From a virus (Duplodnaviria; Caudoviricetes), in the IMG/VR virus record IMGVR_UViG_3300020190_000004: DNA of 64,000 bases; one strand, 5' to 3'. The stretch's first letter is position 1. The number at the start of each line of letters is the position of its first letter. The translations under genes and the position numbers were made by a program. Shown in pieces: positions 48,238 to 56,483 of the stretch. Below the pieces are notes generated by a model that did not search any database, was not told the DNA's origin, and saw only the letters and a list, made by a program, of their open reading frames with translations.

Positions 48238-49416
48238 TTAGAATAGTTGTGTTTTGACGATTAGTTCCGGCGAAAGCGCTGGTAAGCCAGTTGCTGCAAT
48301 GAATCGGTTAATTGGGTCAATGATACATTTTGCAAATTGTATGTCATAGTTAATAGGTGGAGCAATTTCTATCGGGTAGTTTCCAGGTAAGTAAGCAAAT
48401 ACATTTTCACCACCTTCGTTGTTCTTTGCATAATAGTATCTTACCTTATCTCCGCTTTTAATTAGCTGATACTTCCCTTTCCATTTGCTGTTATTTAATA
48501 AGTAATTGTGGAATCCTGCTGCGCGAGCGTGCATGGGACAGTGGTCATTAATGATAAACCGTTTACGGTCTTCAGATATTGCTTTTTCATAATCATTAAC
48601 ACTGGCCGACATAGAGATATTTTCAATGTTATCAAGCATAAAGGCTTCTTTTTCTCGCTTCAGCAAATCAGCAAATTTTCTCATGTTGAGTTTGTTTCTT
48701 TCTCTGAAGATTATTTTCAAAAGTTCTTTAAGTTTGTTACGAGCAAATAGAGGAGTTGAAGATTGAACAATTTCAACTCCAACCGCTTTGATTTTGTGCA
48801 AAGAATCATAGTATATACCGTCACCTGTGCCGTCTTTCCAAGAAAGATCCAAACAGTACTTTTTCTTTTTTAACAAGATTGCGGAGTAAGAGATAGTTTC
48901 CATTTCCAAAACCTGAATGTTTTCGGTACCAGTTTTCTCAGCATAAGACTTGTAAGCTTTCTCGATGTATTCTTTTATACGATGCTTATAGATTAGTTTA
49001 AGTAACTGGCGAGGGTCGCCTTCCCAATCACAGCCTCTAACCACATCTTCAAAAGTAATGTAACAAGAGTCAGTATCACCGTAGATGGAAACTTCTTTGT
49101 TTATTTTATTAACTTGGTTAAGACCTATGATTTTATGAAGCTCTTTATCACGATGCCAAAATTCAAGGAAGTAACGGTTAAAGATCTGTGCGGCAAATGC
49201 TCTTACCTCTTGTCCTTGCAGCGTAATTGCTTCAGCTACTTTTACATTATACCCGATAAAGTATGGAGAAGCAGTTGCACCGTATACTGAGTTAATGAAA
49301 ATCTTAATTGCTTGTTCCTCATTTTTCTTGAGATTCATAAGAACTTCCAAACGATTTATCTCTGCAATTATTTCTTCCCGACTTGAGGTCTTAGGATCAA
49401 TTCTGCAGTTCTTCAT
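48238..49416 (-). CDS. Family B DNA polymerase, C-terminal half (fingers helix, palm, thumb)
   Basis: Motif B KIFINSVYG and motif C YGDTDS; lacks motif A and the exonuclease domain. Confidence 0.95.
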   Translation of the reverse strand: MKNCRIDPKTSSREEIIAEINRLEVLMNLKKNEEQAIKIFINSVYGATASPYFIGYNVKVAEAITLQGQEVRAFAAQIFNRYFLEFWHRDKELHKIIGLNQVNKINKEVSIYGDTDSCYITFEDVVRGCDWEGDPRQLLKLIYKHRIKEYIEKAYKSYAEKTGTENIQVLEMETISYSAILLKKKKYCLDLSWKDGTGDGIYYDSLHKIKAVGVEIVQSSTPLFARNKLKELLKIIFRERNKLNMRKFADLLKREKEAFMLDNIENISMSASVNDYEKAISEDRKRFIINDHCPMHARAAGFHNYLLNNSKWKGKYQLIKSGDKVRYYYAKNNEGGENVFAYLPGNYPIEIAPPINYDIQFAKCIIDPINRFIAATGLPALSPELIVKTQLF

Positions 49417-50181
49417 CTAATCAGCTTTTCCTATAATCATTTTTGTTTCAGACTCAATAGAGTGGAATATAAGACGGTCTTCATTCATGTATACCATCAA
49501 GTCTTCTTTGTCAAGATATGCAAACTGAGATTTGTAAACAGATACGTTTACTTCGATATCTTTGTTTTCAACCGAAAGCAAGTGCTTGTTAAAGCTTTTT
49601 CCACTTGCAGCAACTTCGCCATCTTTAAGGTTAAATGAAAGCAATTTTTGATCAGAGTCAATACTTGATAGAGCATTTACTTGAGATTGCAATTCTTTTG
49701 TAAGAACGAAGTTTACTTCAGCAGAAGCAACATCACCGATACGATCCATCATTTCATCTGTAATGTGTGTGAATAAACGAAGAGTTGCACATTGAAAGTT
49801 AATTTTAAGTGAGTCATTTTTTAAGATGATATCAGTACCAACCGTTCCGTCTGCTGTTTTTTCTGTAAACAGATTAAAAGTAACTTCAGATCCTTCAAAG
49901 TGAGAGAAAGATTTGATAAGTTTGTCAAGTGAGTAAACACCTAAGATAACCGGAGAAGTTACATCTTCAGGATTTGAGAATACCCGGCTAAGTTCGATTT
50001 TTGAAGACTTGACTACACTTCTTTCAGGCGTGTGAGTTTTTGCTTTTAAGTATTCGCTGTCGATTTCGATTAGAAGACTTCCTGAGATTGATGAGAATCG
50101 CTTAAGAAAGTTAGTTAGTTCCGCTGTTGATGTTAACTTGAGTTCCAGCTTTTGTGCAGTTGTTTTTTCTAATGTTTCCAT
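49417..50181 (-). CDS. gp45: Sliding clamp (T4 gp45-like)
   Basis: 254 aa; FLKRFSSISGSLLI...GVYSLDKLIKSFS pattern; abuts the PolB C-half. Confidence 0.75.
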   Translation of the reverse strand: METLEKTTAQKLELKLTSTAELTNFLKRFSSISGSLLIEIDSEYLKAKTHTPERSVVKSSKIELSRVFSNPEDVTSPVILGVYSLDKLIKSFSHFEGSEVTFNLFTEKTADGTVGTDIILKNDSLKINFQCATLRLFTHITDEMMDRIGDVASAEVNFVLTKELQSQVNALSSIDSDQKLLSFNLKDGEVAASGKSFNKHLLSVENKDIEVNVSVYKSQFAYLDKEDLMVYMNEDRLIFHSIESETKMIIGKAD

Positions 50182-50201
50182 TTTTTGATTGTTTATTTAA
50201 G

Positions 50202-50230
50202 GTTTATATTCAATACTTAATAATTAGTTT
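50202..50230 (-). promoter_or_regulatory. Putative ECF-type promoter AAAC-N18-TATAAA
   Basis: Recurring bipartite motif. Confidence 0.6.
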
Positions 50231-50862
50231 TAGATGATTTGGTCAATTAACCCATACTTTAAGCAAGTCTTTGCATTCCACCAAATGTCTTTTGATAAGA
50301 TGTTATCCATTTCCTTTTCTGGTATTTTAGAGTTTTCTTTGTACCAATCTTTTATGGATTTCATAATGTTTGCGTTGTTGGACATTTCTTCTTTAAGTTC
50401 GGAGTATTTTCCCCACCCACCGTTTCTTAGCTCATGTACAAGCATGAAAGCATTCTTTCGCATTAAGCGTTTAGTTCCTGCAATAGAAGCAAAAGTGGCT
50501 CCTGACGCAGCGCAGCCTTCAACAATGGTTACGATTGGTACTATGGCGCTGATTCTTTGTATCGTATCAGCCATAGCAAAAGCTGAAAAGACTTCTCCGC
50601 CATAAGAATTAATGTGTAACCAAATAGGAGAGGGTTGACCAACTTCATGCATGCTTGAGAATGCTGTCGGCGCAAGACGCATTGATAGGTCTTGTAGTAT
50701 TGCATTTAATTTCAAGGCTGATGCAGGTGTGATAGGCGCATAAAACCAAATATGATCGCCAACTACTTTGATGTCATGATAGTTGTATAAATTTTCGCCG
50801 TCTTCGTCTTCATCACTTCTTTTAACAGGTATTCCTCTGTTATTCATCGGTGTCTTCTTCAT
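50230..50862 (-). CDS. clpP: ClpP-like serine protease
   Basis: LHINSYGGEV, GCAASGAT (catalytic Ser), MLVHE (His), DIWWNAKTCLKYGLIDQI. Confidence 0.85.
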   Translation of the reverse strand: MKKTPMNNRGIPVKRSDEDEDGENLYNYHDIKVVGDHIWFYAPITPASALKLNAILQDLSMRLAPTAFSSMHEVGQPSPIWLHINSYGGEVFSAFAMADTIQRISAIVPIVTIVEGCAASGATFASIAGTKRLMRKNAFMLVHELRNGGWGKYSELKEEMSNNANIMKSIKDWYKENSKIPEKEMDNILSKDIWWNAKTCLKYGLIDQII

Positions 50863-52297
50863 CGTTATTTGTGTTTGAGAATACTTCTATTCCGTCGATT
50901 TCTTCTTCTTCGGAAAATAAGTCAGTTATTGAATTTGTTCTGTTTTGTGTAGCTCTTTTCATAGAAGTATCTTCCATAGATTCGTAAGCCTTAATTGCTT
51001 CTGTGAGTTCAATTCTTTGCTTTTCAATATCAGTGGTAAGTTCTATAATCTTATTATTGGTTCTTGTAAGTTCATCCTCGGAGAGGGATCTCAATAAGAT
51101 AGCATTTAATCGACGCCTGATAGTATCAGCGTTAGGAACACCTTTGGTTATTTTGTTAAGAAATTCATCGATTTCTTTTTCATTCCACATTTCTTTTTTC
51201 TTTTCAATCATGAATGTAAGATATTGTACTTTTCTCTTTAAGAATTCAAGTTCATCTGTGTTGATATTAAAGAAGTACGTTAGTCGCTTAACGCGCAAGT
51301 CTGCCAGCCGGTAACGATAGTCAGTAATGTAGTCTTCAACTCTTTCGTACTCAAGAACAAGACCGTCTTTTACAAACACTGGGGTTTCAGTTACCAGCAT
51401 TTTAACCGACTTGTTAACTGCGTCTAAGAAAGATTCCCACTCAGCAGTGTTGCCTGTAAACTTAAGTAATATGTCAATGTTAGTTGAAGAGTTGTTGGTT
51501 AAGCGAACGCTTGGGTAACTTGTAAGAACGCTATCTAGTTTCTTTAAGAAAGCACCGTATCTCATAAGAGGAGGCAATTCAGTAACTCTGATAGTCTTTT
51601 CTTTTTCGTTCTTTTCAAGTACACCTTCAATTAACCAAGTTTTGTTCATACCCTTAAAGCGAGTAATTTTACCAGTGAAACCTTTGAATTTGGGATGTAC
51701 TTCTTTAGCTTTGCCGTCTAGGAATTTTTGAATATCTTTAAGATCTCGCGGCAAGACTGTAGTTTTGTAACCAACCGCAATACCTACGATTGTGTTTGTA
51801 AGACCTATCGGTAAATCTACCCATAAAGGATTCCAAGATCCTTCTTCATTCTTGTGATTTAAGAAATCACTCTTTCTAATCATCTCAGATATCGCAGGGT
51901 TTATCTTAACAGAGGTATATCTTGCTGCAGATGCTTCCTGATTGATAGGGGTTCCAAAGAACCCGTCGCCTACCAGTAATTGCTCACTATTGCCAAATGG
52001 TCGAGCAAGTTTGTTTATCGCACCAGTTAGAGACTTGTCACCGTGATGGTAACCGTCACTGATACAAGATCCTACGAGTGATATGGTTTTGTTAAAGTTT
52101 GCAGGAGCATTTACCATTATGAAACGCTGTACGTTTGTTAGTCCATCGTAAAAGGATGGGATTCCTCGGTTTTCTAAAACATACAATGCGTAGTTTCGAA
52201 AGTTTGTATCTATTTGCCGGGAAATGTTTAGCGGATATGCTTTCTTCTTCAAGATACTTAGGGTTTTAATTTTGTGTTTTATATACACAAAGGGCAA
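50840..52297 (-). CDS. gp52: Type IIA topoisomerase, cleavage subunit (T4 gp52/GyrA-like); true start possibly TTG at 52252
   Basis: IPSFYDGLTNVQR, YHHGD, catalytic AARYT. Confidence 0.9.
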   Translation of the reverse strand: MPFVYIKHKIKTLSILKKKAYPLNISRQIDTNFRNYALYVLENRGIPSFYDGLTNVQRFIMVNAPANFNKTISLVGSCISDGYHHGDKSLTGAINKLARPFGNSEQLLVGDGFFGTPINQEASAARYTSVKINPAISEMIRKSDFLNHKNEEGSWNPLWVDLPIGLTNTIVGIAVGYKTTVLPRDLKDIQKFLDGKAKEVHPKFKGFTGKITRFKGMNKTWLIEGVLEKNEKEKTIRVTELPPLMRYGAFLKKLDSVLTSYPSVRLTNNSSTNIDILLKFTGNTAEWESFLDAVNKSVKMLVTETPVFVKDGLVLEYERVEDYITDYRYRLADLRVKRLTYFFNINTDELEFLKRKVQYLTFMIEKKKEMWNEKEIDEFLNKITKGVPNADTIRRRLNAILLRSLSEDELTRTNNKIIELTTDIEKQRIELTEAIKAYESMEDTSMKRATQNRTNSITDLFSEEEEIDGIEVFSNTNNDEEDTDE

Positions 52298-52305
52298 CCA
52301 AGTTC
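52276..52305 (-). promoter_or_regulatory. Putative ECF-type promoter GAAC-N18-TATAAA
   Basis: Recurring bipartite motif. Confidence 0.65.
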
Positions 52306-52992
52306 TTATTCGTATCTAATTAGGTCGTACTTCCAAATAAGTTTAACAATGTATCTAGCAATTTCGCTATCAGACGGGAAATGAATACCCATCTTGACCC
52401 TGCTTTCTGCTATTCTTTCAGCAAGGTGTTCTAGTTCACCGCGATAAAGTGGGTATTTTCGGCTGTAGTATTCAGCAAGATTAAAAGATGACGTTGCATG
52501 CCCACTTGGGTAAGATGCGCTATTTGCATCTGTGTGTATAATTGGGAAAAGAGGTAAGCGATATGCTTTACCTAATTGATTAGGTCTAGGTCGATTAATT
52601 TCTTCCTTAAGATAAAAAAGAATAGCTTCAGTTTGTGAATCAACGCCTTTCAGTTCTCCCATAGTTTCTTTTATGCCTTTAGCCGCAAAAAAGTCTAAAA
52701 AGACTTGCTCATAAGATTCTTCTGCCTGTCTTGCAAAAACTATATCTTCTGGCGTTACAGTTTTCATCATTGACATAACGGTCTGTATGTCATTCTGAGT
52801 TATTTCGCTGTAATTGGTAGGTGCTTCTTTTATAATTTTTTCGGCAAGTCCTTTATCAACAAAAAACTTTTTAATATGATTATCTGCATCATTAGCTATT
52901 TTATACAATTCAAGGGTTGGATTGCCAAATTGAATTGCGTTGATTTCATCAGCAGGCAAACTGTCTTTATATTCTTCGTATAGTTTTATCAT
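52306..52992 (-). CDS. PAP2-superfamily phosphatase/haloperoxidase-like protein (likely start MIKLYEEY at 52992)
   Basis: C1 K-X6-RP (KEEINRPRP), C2 PSGH, C3 SRVKMGIHFPSD. Confidence 0.85.
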   Translation of the reverse strand: MIKLYEEYKDSLPADEINAIQFGNPTLELYKIANDADNHIKKFFVDKGLAEKIIKEAPTNYSEITQNDIQTVMSMMKTVTPEDIVFARQAEESYEQVFLDFFAAKGIKETMGELKGVDSQTEAILFYLKEEINRPRPNQLGKAYRLPLFPIIHTDANSASYPSGHATSSFNLAEYYSRKYPLYRGELEHLAERIAESRVKMGIHFPSDSEIARYIVKLIWKYDLIRYE

Positions 52993-54038
52993 AAGTATTT
53001 GTAGCCAAACATATTTGTACAAACATGCATTTCTGTTCTAAAAGTTGGCTCGTCTTTTGTGGTAAGGTACACAAAGTATGTACACAGTTGAATTAGTCTC
53101 TTAACTGCATATTCACTCATGATTCCGTAATAGTCTTCATAAATACATTTATAGATAAGAGGGACCATGTTTGAGAACAATCCCGGTGTAGAATTTGACT
53201 CAATGAAGAAGTGTTTGCCGTTTCTATCAATAGCAATGTCAAGCCCGGCGATGTTGAGAGTTGGGTTGATGTCGAAAATAACTTTTGCTATATGATAACA
53301 TTCTTTAACGCTTAAACCTTTAACATCTTGTGGTTCTACTTGCGTCCAAGAAAAGTTAGATTTTTCGCGGTTATCGAGTTTGTCTTCAGTCATTCCAGCT
53401 TCGTTTACTCTTAATGACTTGGCTTTATCATTAAGCGGGTCTCTACGAAAAACTGAAAGCATTCTGATACCCGTGTTCTTTCCTCTAAAGAAAACTATTC
53501 TAAACTCCTGATCAATTTGAATTTGCTCTTGGTAAATGTCAAAACCTTTAACCAATTTGTTTAATCCTGTTTTTGTAGAAACTTTTTCTACACCACGAGA
53601 TTGATATGTGTTTGATGCTTTAGCAATAATGGGAAACTTAAGTTCTTTCTTTGCTTCAGCTGGTGTAAAAACTGTTTTAGGCAGCCAAGGAAAATCAAGT
53701 TTCTTAAGTATTTTAAGAGTGTCAAGTTTACTAACTACAATCCCGTGTGGGGCGTTGTAAACTTTATCAGCTGTAAGCAAGTCATGACCTATAGTATCGC
53801 TTATTCCGTACTTTTCGATTAATGACTGTTTGTCCCACAGTAATACAGGAAGCGTTTGTTCAATAACATCACTTAAGTATGTATCAGGGCTGTCACAAAA
53901 TTGGAAGATCTTTGCGATATTCTTTTGAACATTTTGCTTTTGCTCCATGTCCATCGTGGAAAACATAACAACTTTACCAAACTCAACAGGTTCGGTGGCA
54001 GATGCTTTAACAAAGAGATCAAAAGGATCAACTCTCAT
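52989..54038 (-). CDS. RimK-like ATP-grasp ligase
   Basis: FPIIAKA..TYQSRGVEKV, YQEQI....EFRI, AGLDIAIDRNGKHFFIESNSTPG. Confidence 0.8.
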   Translation of the reverse strand: MRVDPFDLFVKASATEPVEFGKVVMFSTMDMEQKQNVQKNIAKIFQFCDSPDTYLSDVIEQTLPVLLWDKQSLIEKYGISDTIGHDLLTADKVYNAPHGIVVSKLDTLKILKKLDFPWLPKTVFTPAEAKKELKFPIIAKASNTYQSRGVEKVSTKTGLNKLVKGFDIYQEQIQIDQEFRIVFFRGKNTGIRMLSVFRRDPLNDKAKSLRVNEAGMTEDKLDNREKSNFSWTQVEPQDVKGLSVKECYHIAKVIFDINPTLNIAGLDIAIDRNGKHFFIESNSTPGLFSNMVPLIYKCIYEDYYGIMSEYAVKRLIQLCTYFVYLTTKDEPTFRTEMHVCTNMFGYKYL

Positions 54039-54050
54039 TTAGGAAGTTTC

Positions 54051-54410
54051 TTATTTAAGAGTAAGAAGGTACTTAAGTTTCATCAAGTCAGCCCTCGCTT
54101 CATCACGGATGTTTGCAATTTCGCTATCTTGTTCTGCAATGAACGCACCTGTCAAGAAATCATCCATAGTCTCAATAAAAGCTTCTATTTTAAGATTATC
54201 ATAGTCGGCAAAAGTAATTTGCTTGACCCCGCCAAACTTAGGACGTTGGTATTTACCGCTATAAACTTCTATTAATCTATCAAATCTTTCATTTAAGTCT
54301 TCGTAAATTAACCCAAAGGCGTTATGTTCTGCGTAAGATTCAGTTTGCCAGTGAAGAATTCTTAATTGACCCTGAATCTGTATTATGTTTGCTAACAATT
54401 CTTTTTCCAT
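54051..54410 (-). CDS. Ferritin/Dps-like four-helix protein (DUF5856-like)
   Basis: LHWQTESYAEHNAF..IYEDL....DRLIEVYSG; C-terminal NIRDE....L.KLKYLLTLK. Confidence 0.75.
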   Translation of the reverse strand: MEKELLANIIQIQGQLRILHWQTESYAEHNAFGLIYEDLNERFDRLIEVYSGKYQRPKFGGVKQITFADYDNLKIEAFIETMDDFLTGAFIAEQDSEIANIRDEARADLMKLKYLLTLK

Positions 54411-54430
54411 TTGTATGTTTATTGTTTTTG

Positions 54431-54438
54431 TATTTATC
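54431..54438 (-). promoter_or_regulatory. Late-promoter variant GATAAATA
   Basis: One-mismatch variant of GATATATA. Confidence 0.45.
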
Positions 54439-54464
54439 TTTTAGCGAATTATGTGTTTCATCTT

Positions 54465-54857
54465 TTACTTGTTATTTCGCGCCCAATCAATAAAAGCTTG
54501 TATTTTTTCTATGCAATACTTAGCTAACCAGCGACGATATTCAGCGCCTGTTCTAAACTGCTCAACACCATCTACTTGTGATTGCTTCCAAGCAGCTGAT
54601 TTGTCTTGTCCAAAAAGAGGCAATTCTCTTGCATCTTTCAAAAGAAGCTGTAATTCTTGGTCGTTTTTATCGTCAAGTGCTTTATTAAACTTGTTAAGAA
54701 GATTTTCATAAATCTCAATTCTTATAGTCTCACCTAACCAATTTTCAGCTTCTGGATCAGCATACACTTTAACTTTACCAGCTTCAAGTTCAATGCTGAT
54801 TGGAGTAGTTAAATCTCTACCACCTTCATTAAGCCAAGATTCGTAGGATTTGACCAT
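54465..54857 (-). CDS. Putative capsid-internal protein (CTS-like leader MVKSYESWLNE)
   Basis: Leader resembles the T4 capsid-targeting sequence ending in L-x-E. Confidence 0.65.
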   Translation of the reverse strand: MVKSYESWLNEGGRDLTTPISIELEAGKVKVYADPEAENWLGETIRIEIYENLLNKFNKALDDKNDQELQLLLKDARELPLFGQDKSAAWKQSQVDGVEQFRTGAEYRRWLAKYCIEKIQAFIDWARNNK

Positions 54858-55397
54858 CTACTTCTTGGTATTTTCTAGGTATTTCTTAAACTCTGTGCAA
54901 GCTTTCATAACTTCACCTTGGTCGCTGAGGTCGCTGATTACATAGTCAAGTGAACCTTCGTCATCGCTGGCAAAAACACCGCCAATTACAAACTCTGAAC
55001 CGTTGTAAGCAAGTTCACTGTAGTCTAACATAGTTAAAAGGTTGTATTCAGTATCCGCAACCGGAATATACAACTCATTAGCAAAGTTAGAGCTGTCAAT
55101 AACAGTGTTATCCACGTCAAGCTCTATACCGCATCTTTTGAATGCATCAGCAACATACTTAAGAAAAGGTGGTACGTCTTTCTTAATAATTCCAGTAAGT
55201 GGAACAGGTTTAGCCTTCTTCATTGCCTCAACGGCAACAGCTTCTACTTCTTTCTCTTCCATTTCATCGGAGTTTTTGCCGGTTCCGTCTAACATATACG
55301 AGCCTACTTCCCATAAGTCAGCGTCTACGCCCTCATTGTAGTTAATACCTTCACTGATGTTTGAGAAGTATTCGTTAATGCTTTTTATGTGTTTCAT
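54858..55397 (-). CDS. Putative capsid-internal protein (leader MKHIKSINEYFSNISE)
   Basis: Acidic protein with a CTS-like leader. Confidence 0.65.
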   Translation of the reverse strand: MKHIKSINEYFSNISEGINYNEGVDADLWEVGSYMLDGTGKNSDEMEEKEVEAVAVEAMKKAKPVPLTGIIKKDVPPFLKYVADAFKRCGIELDVDNTVIDSSNFANELYIPVADTEYNLLTMLDYSELAYNGSEFVIGGVFASDDEGSLDYVISDLSDQGEVMKACTEFKKYLENTKK

Positions 55398-55398
55398 C

Positions 55399-55911
55399 TT
55401 AGATGATTATGTTTTTAAGATTAAACATTTGAGCGCTATCCCAGTTTCCACGAGGATTGTCCATTACCTGATAACTGCAGCCGTACATAACGGATACTTT
55501 TAAGTATAATTTTTTTCCAGCAGAATCTTCTACTTCAAATATCTTAAAAGCGTTAGCGCTATCACCAAAACCGACAACTGTAAAAGTTTCTGGCCGGGTT
55601 TGGAACGTGCCTTCAAATTTAGCACCGTCAGATATTTTGTTAATGAGTTTTTTGCCATTCATCTCCATTTGCATAGGGGTGATGACTCCTTCATTTAACA
55701 AAGACTCATTTGAAGACTTGTACATATTTTCAATAAAAGTCTCAAATTCTTTTCCAGACTTTTTGTCCTTTACGGTCATTTTGTCTCCACTAATCTTCTT
55801 TACCTCAAAGTTGAATCCCTGTACCGCATTACCTACAGTATCACCAACTTTAATGTCTTGGTTGGCTTTGCCTTCGTTCAAGAAGCTTTCAAATGTGTGT
55901 ATGTGTTTCAT
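55399..55911 (-). CDS. Putative capsid-internal polyprotein (leader MKHIHTFESFLNE; internal LLNE site)
   Basis: Two small beta modules, the first KOW/SH3-like, separated by SNESLLNE. Confidence 0.65.
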   Translation of the reverse strand: MKHIHTFESFLNEGKANQDIKVGDTVGNAVQGFNFEVKKISGDKMTVKDKKSGKEFETFIENMYKSSNESLLNEGVITPMQMEMNGKKLINKISDGAKFEGTFQTRPETFTVVGFGDSANAFKIFEVEDSAGKKLYLKVSVMYGCSYQVMDNPRGNWDSAQMFNLKNIII

Positions 55912-55925
55912 AATAGATGTTTTTG

Positions 55926-56444
55926 TTATGCTTTTCTGTCATCTAGTCTAAAAGAAGATGTGTACATTCTCTGAGATGGCATATCCAGGTTTGTACCTGC
56001 CATGTCAAAGAACTTGGCAAAATCTGCATTATCTTCTAAAGAGCTGTAGTCAAATCCTAATCGGTCTTTTGGGTCATTTAGATTAGCAAAGATAAAGAAA
56101 GCATTTCCCTTCTCAGAAAAGCCTAATGTGTCAAGGTCGAATTTGCCAGGACAGCAGTCTTCAAGAATCTTTGGAAGAGCGTCAAGTGCTTTTTGTGCAA
56201 AGGCGTATATTTTTGTTTTACGATCGTAGATGGCTTTTGCATTTTCTTGTGCCCAGTCTACTGTATAGTACTTGTCTTTAGCAGCCTCGTTAAGGTCTTC
56301 GCCTTCTTCAAGTGCATCTTCTTTTATAGTGTATTTCTTTCCCTGAAATTCAAACTCTTTTAGACCTTGCTTCTTTGCATTTGCCAAAGCAGCATGAAAT
56401 GCATTCTCGTTTAAGAAATTTTCAAATGATGATATGTGTTTCAT
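55926..56444 (-). CDS. Putative capsid-internal polyprotein (leader MKHISSFENFLNE; internal LEE/LNE sites)
   Basis: CTS-like leader and internal L-x-E motifs. Confidence 0.65.
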   Translation of the reverse strand: MKHISSFENFLNENAFHAALANAKKQGLKEFEFQGKKYTIKEDALEEGEDLNEAAKDKYYTVDWAQENAKAIYDRKTKIYAFAQKALDALPKILEDCCPGKFDLDTLGFSEKGNAFFIFANLNDPKDRLGFDYSSLEDNADFAKFFDMAGTNLDMPSQRMYTSSFRLDDRKA

Positions 56445-56470
56445 AGTCTCTGATTTTTTTTTGACCAGAG

Positions 56471-56478
56471 TATATATC
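56471..56478 (-). promoter_or_regulatory. Putative late promoter GATATATA
   Basis: Exact motif heading the CTS cluster. Confidence 0.6.
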
Positions 56479-56483
56479 AGGGA

